Assembly (NCBI GenBank): GCA_009602735.1 | Contig: WELA01002904.1 | Coordinates: 1 to 41,847, forward strand | DNA from: Mesotaenium endlicherianum | Taxonomy: Eukaryota | Length of the DNA: 41,847 nucleotides | Direction: 5' to 3' | Shown here: positions 40,728 through 41,847 of the stretch, one piece after another | Layout of the letters: every line of letters begins with the position of its first letter | Position numbering within the stretch: the first letter of the stretch is position 1 | Program-made: the position numbers and the translations under genes | The notes under the pieces: model-generated | What the model was told of the DNA's origin: nothing | The model's database searches: none | Seen by the model: the letters and a program-made list of their open reading frames with translations, nothing else

Positions 40728-41847
40728 TGTAATGAATCAGTATATTAGTTGATATAATATTCATTTAAATATAATAGTTAAATAAGTTCAGCCTGCTGAA
40801 CTCTAGTTAATGATCAGTCTGCTGGACTTCATATCTAATATCAGTTTAATAACTCGGCCGAAAGCAGCAGGCTGAAGTCAACTTAAGTCAGCTTGCTGAC
40901 ACATTCTTTGACAGCCAGCTGACTTCCGTACTCGGTAGCAGCGAACTGCCTTGATATGCATCTAAGTACGACATGCTAGATGAATGGCCAGATGACATCC
41001 CTATGATGGATGGCTATTCGGGATGATGGGAGATGGCGGTGGATTTGGTTAACCGAGGTCCTACCAACGTGGTTAACTCCCGGGTAGGCGGTGCCATCGC
41101 ACTGACCGTTGAACAGTAAACTCATTCCATGTACATACGCTAGGCATTGCTCTCGAGTTCGGCATTCGGAAACGAGGCCAACTCTCTTGTATAGCTTACT
41201 GAGAGAGATCTGAATCCAAGGCGAGAAGCCATTGATACGCACTGTCTTCTAACCTTGCTTATGTATGAGTTTACTGATTTGCATCATAGATGCTAGTTTA
41301 CTTGCATTTAACTTACGAGTATTATTCACTGCTAGTGCATTGTCCTTTGCCGTTAAACCAGTTAACGGAAATACCATAAAGATTACTTGCTGATATAAAG
41401 ATCTTTATTAATTGTTAATCGCCTAATTGGTAAGTCGATTCATTTCAGTGGTATCGGAGCAGTTATCACAGTCTTCTTTGTATGGTAAGGACAAGGTCTC
41501 AAACTAGCAACTCCCGAGACATGGAGAACCAGGATAACGAGAATGTCGAAAACCAGGCGGAAAGCCATGTAGCGGGAAACCGTACCTATTCGGAAGCAGT
41601 AGCGGATACTGCAGCTAGGGAGGCTGCAGATGAGGCAGCTGCTATTGCCGCAGTCGCAGCTCAGCAAGCTGAGGAGGAGATAGCCAGACTAGAAGCTGAA
41701 CAAGTAGCAAAGGCCGCTGAAGATACAGAAAGGAGGGAANNNNNNNNNNNNNNNNNNNNNNTGAAGAACGTATGGCATCAAGGGCCAATGTTCTGAACCC
41801 ACCTCCTGCTGTACAACTCAATGTACCCCTAGGTCAAATACGTGACC
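40728..41847 (+). mobile_element. Family-A copy A4: 5' LTR 40728-41447, PBS 41449-41460, gag from 41482 (runs off the window end)
   Basis: LTR A, TGGTATCGGAGC and [13 protein letters not shown]; an n lies at the left junction (40727). Confidence 0.9.

Overview
This is eukaryotic (plant or streptophyte-alga-like) repetitive DNA made entirely of nested Ty3/gypsy retroelements; I found no host genes. Family A (four copies plus relics) is a chromovirus with ~740-bp LTRs, a tRNA-iMet PBS, gag, a -1 frameshifted pol ending in a chromodomain, and an extra 558-aa sense ORF3 preceded by a conserved splice acceptor and a duplicated PPT. One minus-strand A copy (A3, ~2790-31897) hosts a near-complete A copy (A2, 3860-12080), a solo LTR (12743-13487) and an 11-kb GC-rich gypsy-like element E (16241-27286, TSD ACGG). 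The E polyprotein reads protease - long linker - DNMT3-like C5 cytosine methyltransferase - RT - RNase H - integrase - PHD finger. E has TG..CA ends and a TSD but no LTR pair or PBS that I could detect. Further families B, C and D are truncated or solo-LTR remnants. Family labels are my own, and boundaries were read by eye.
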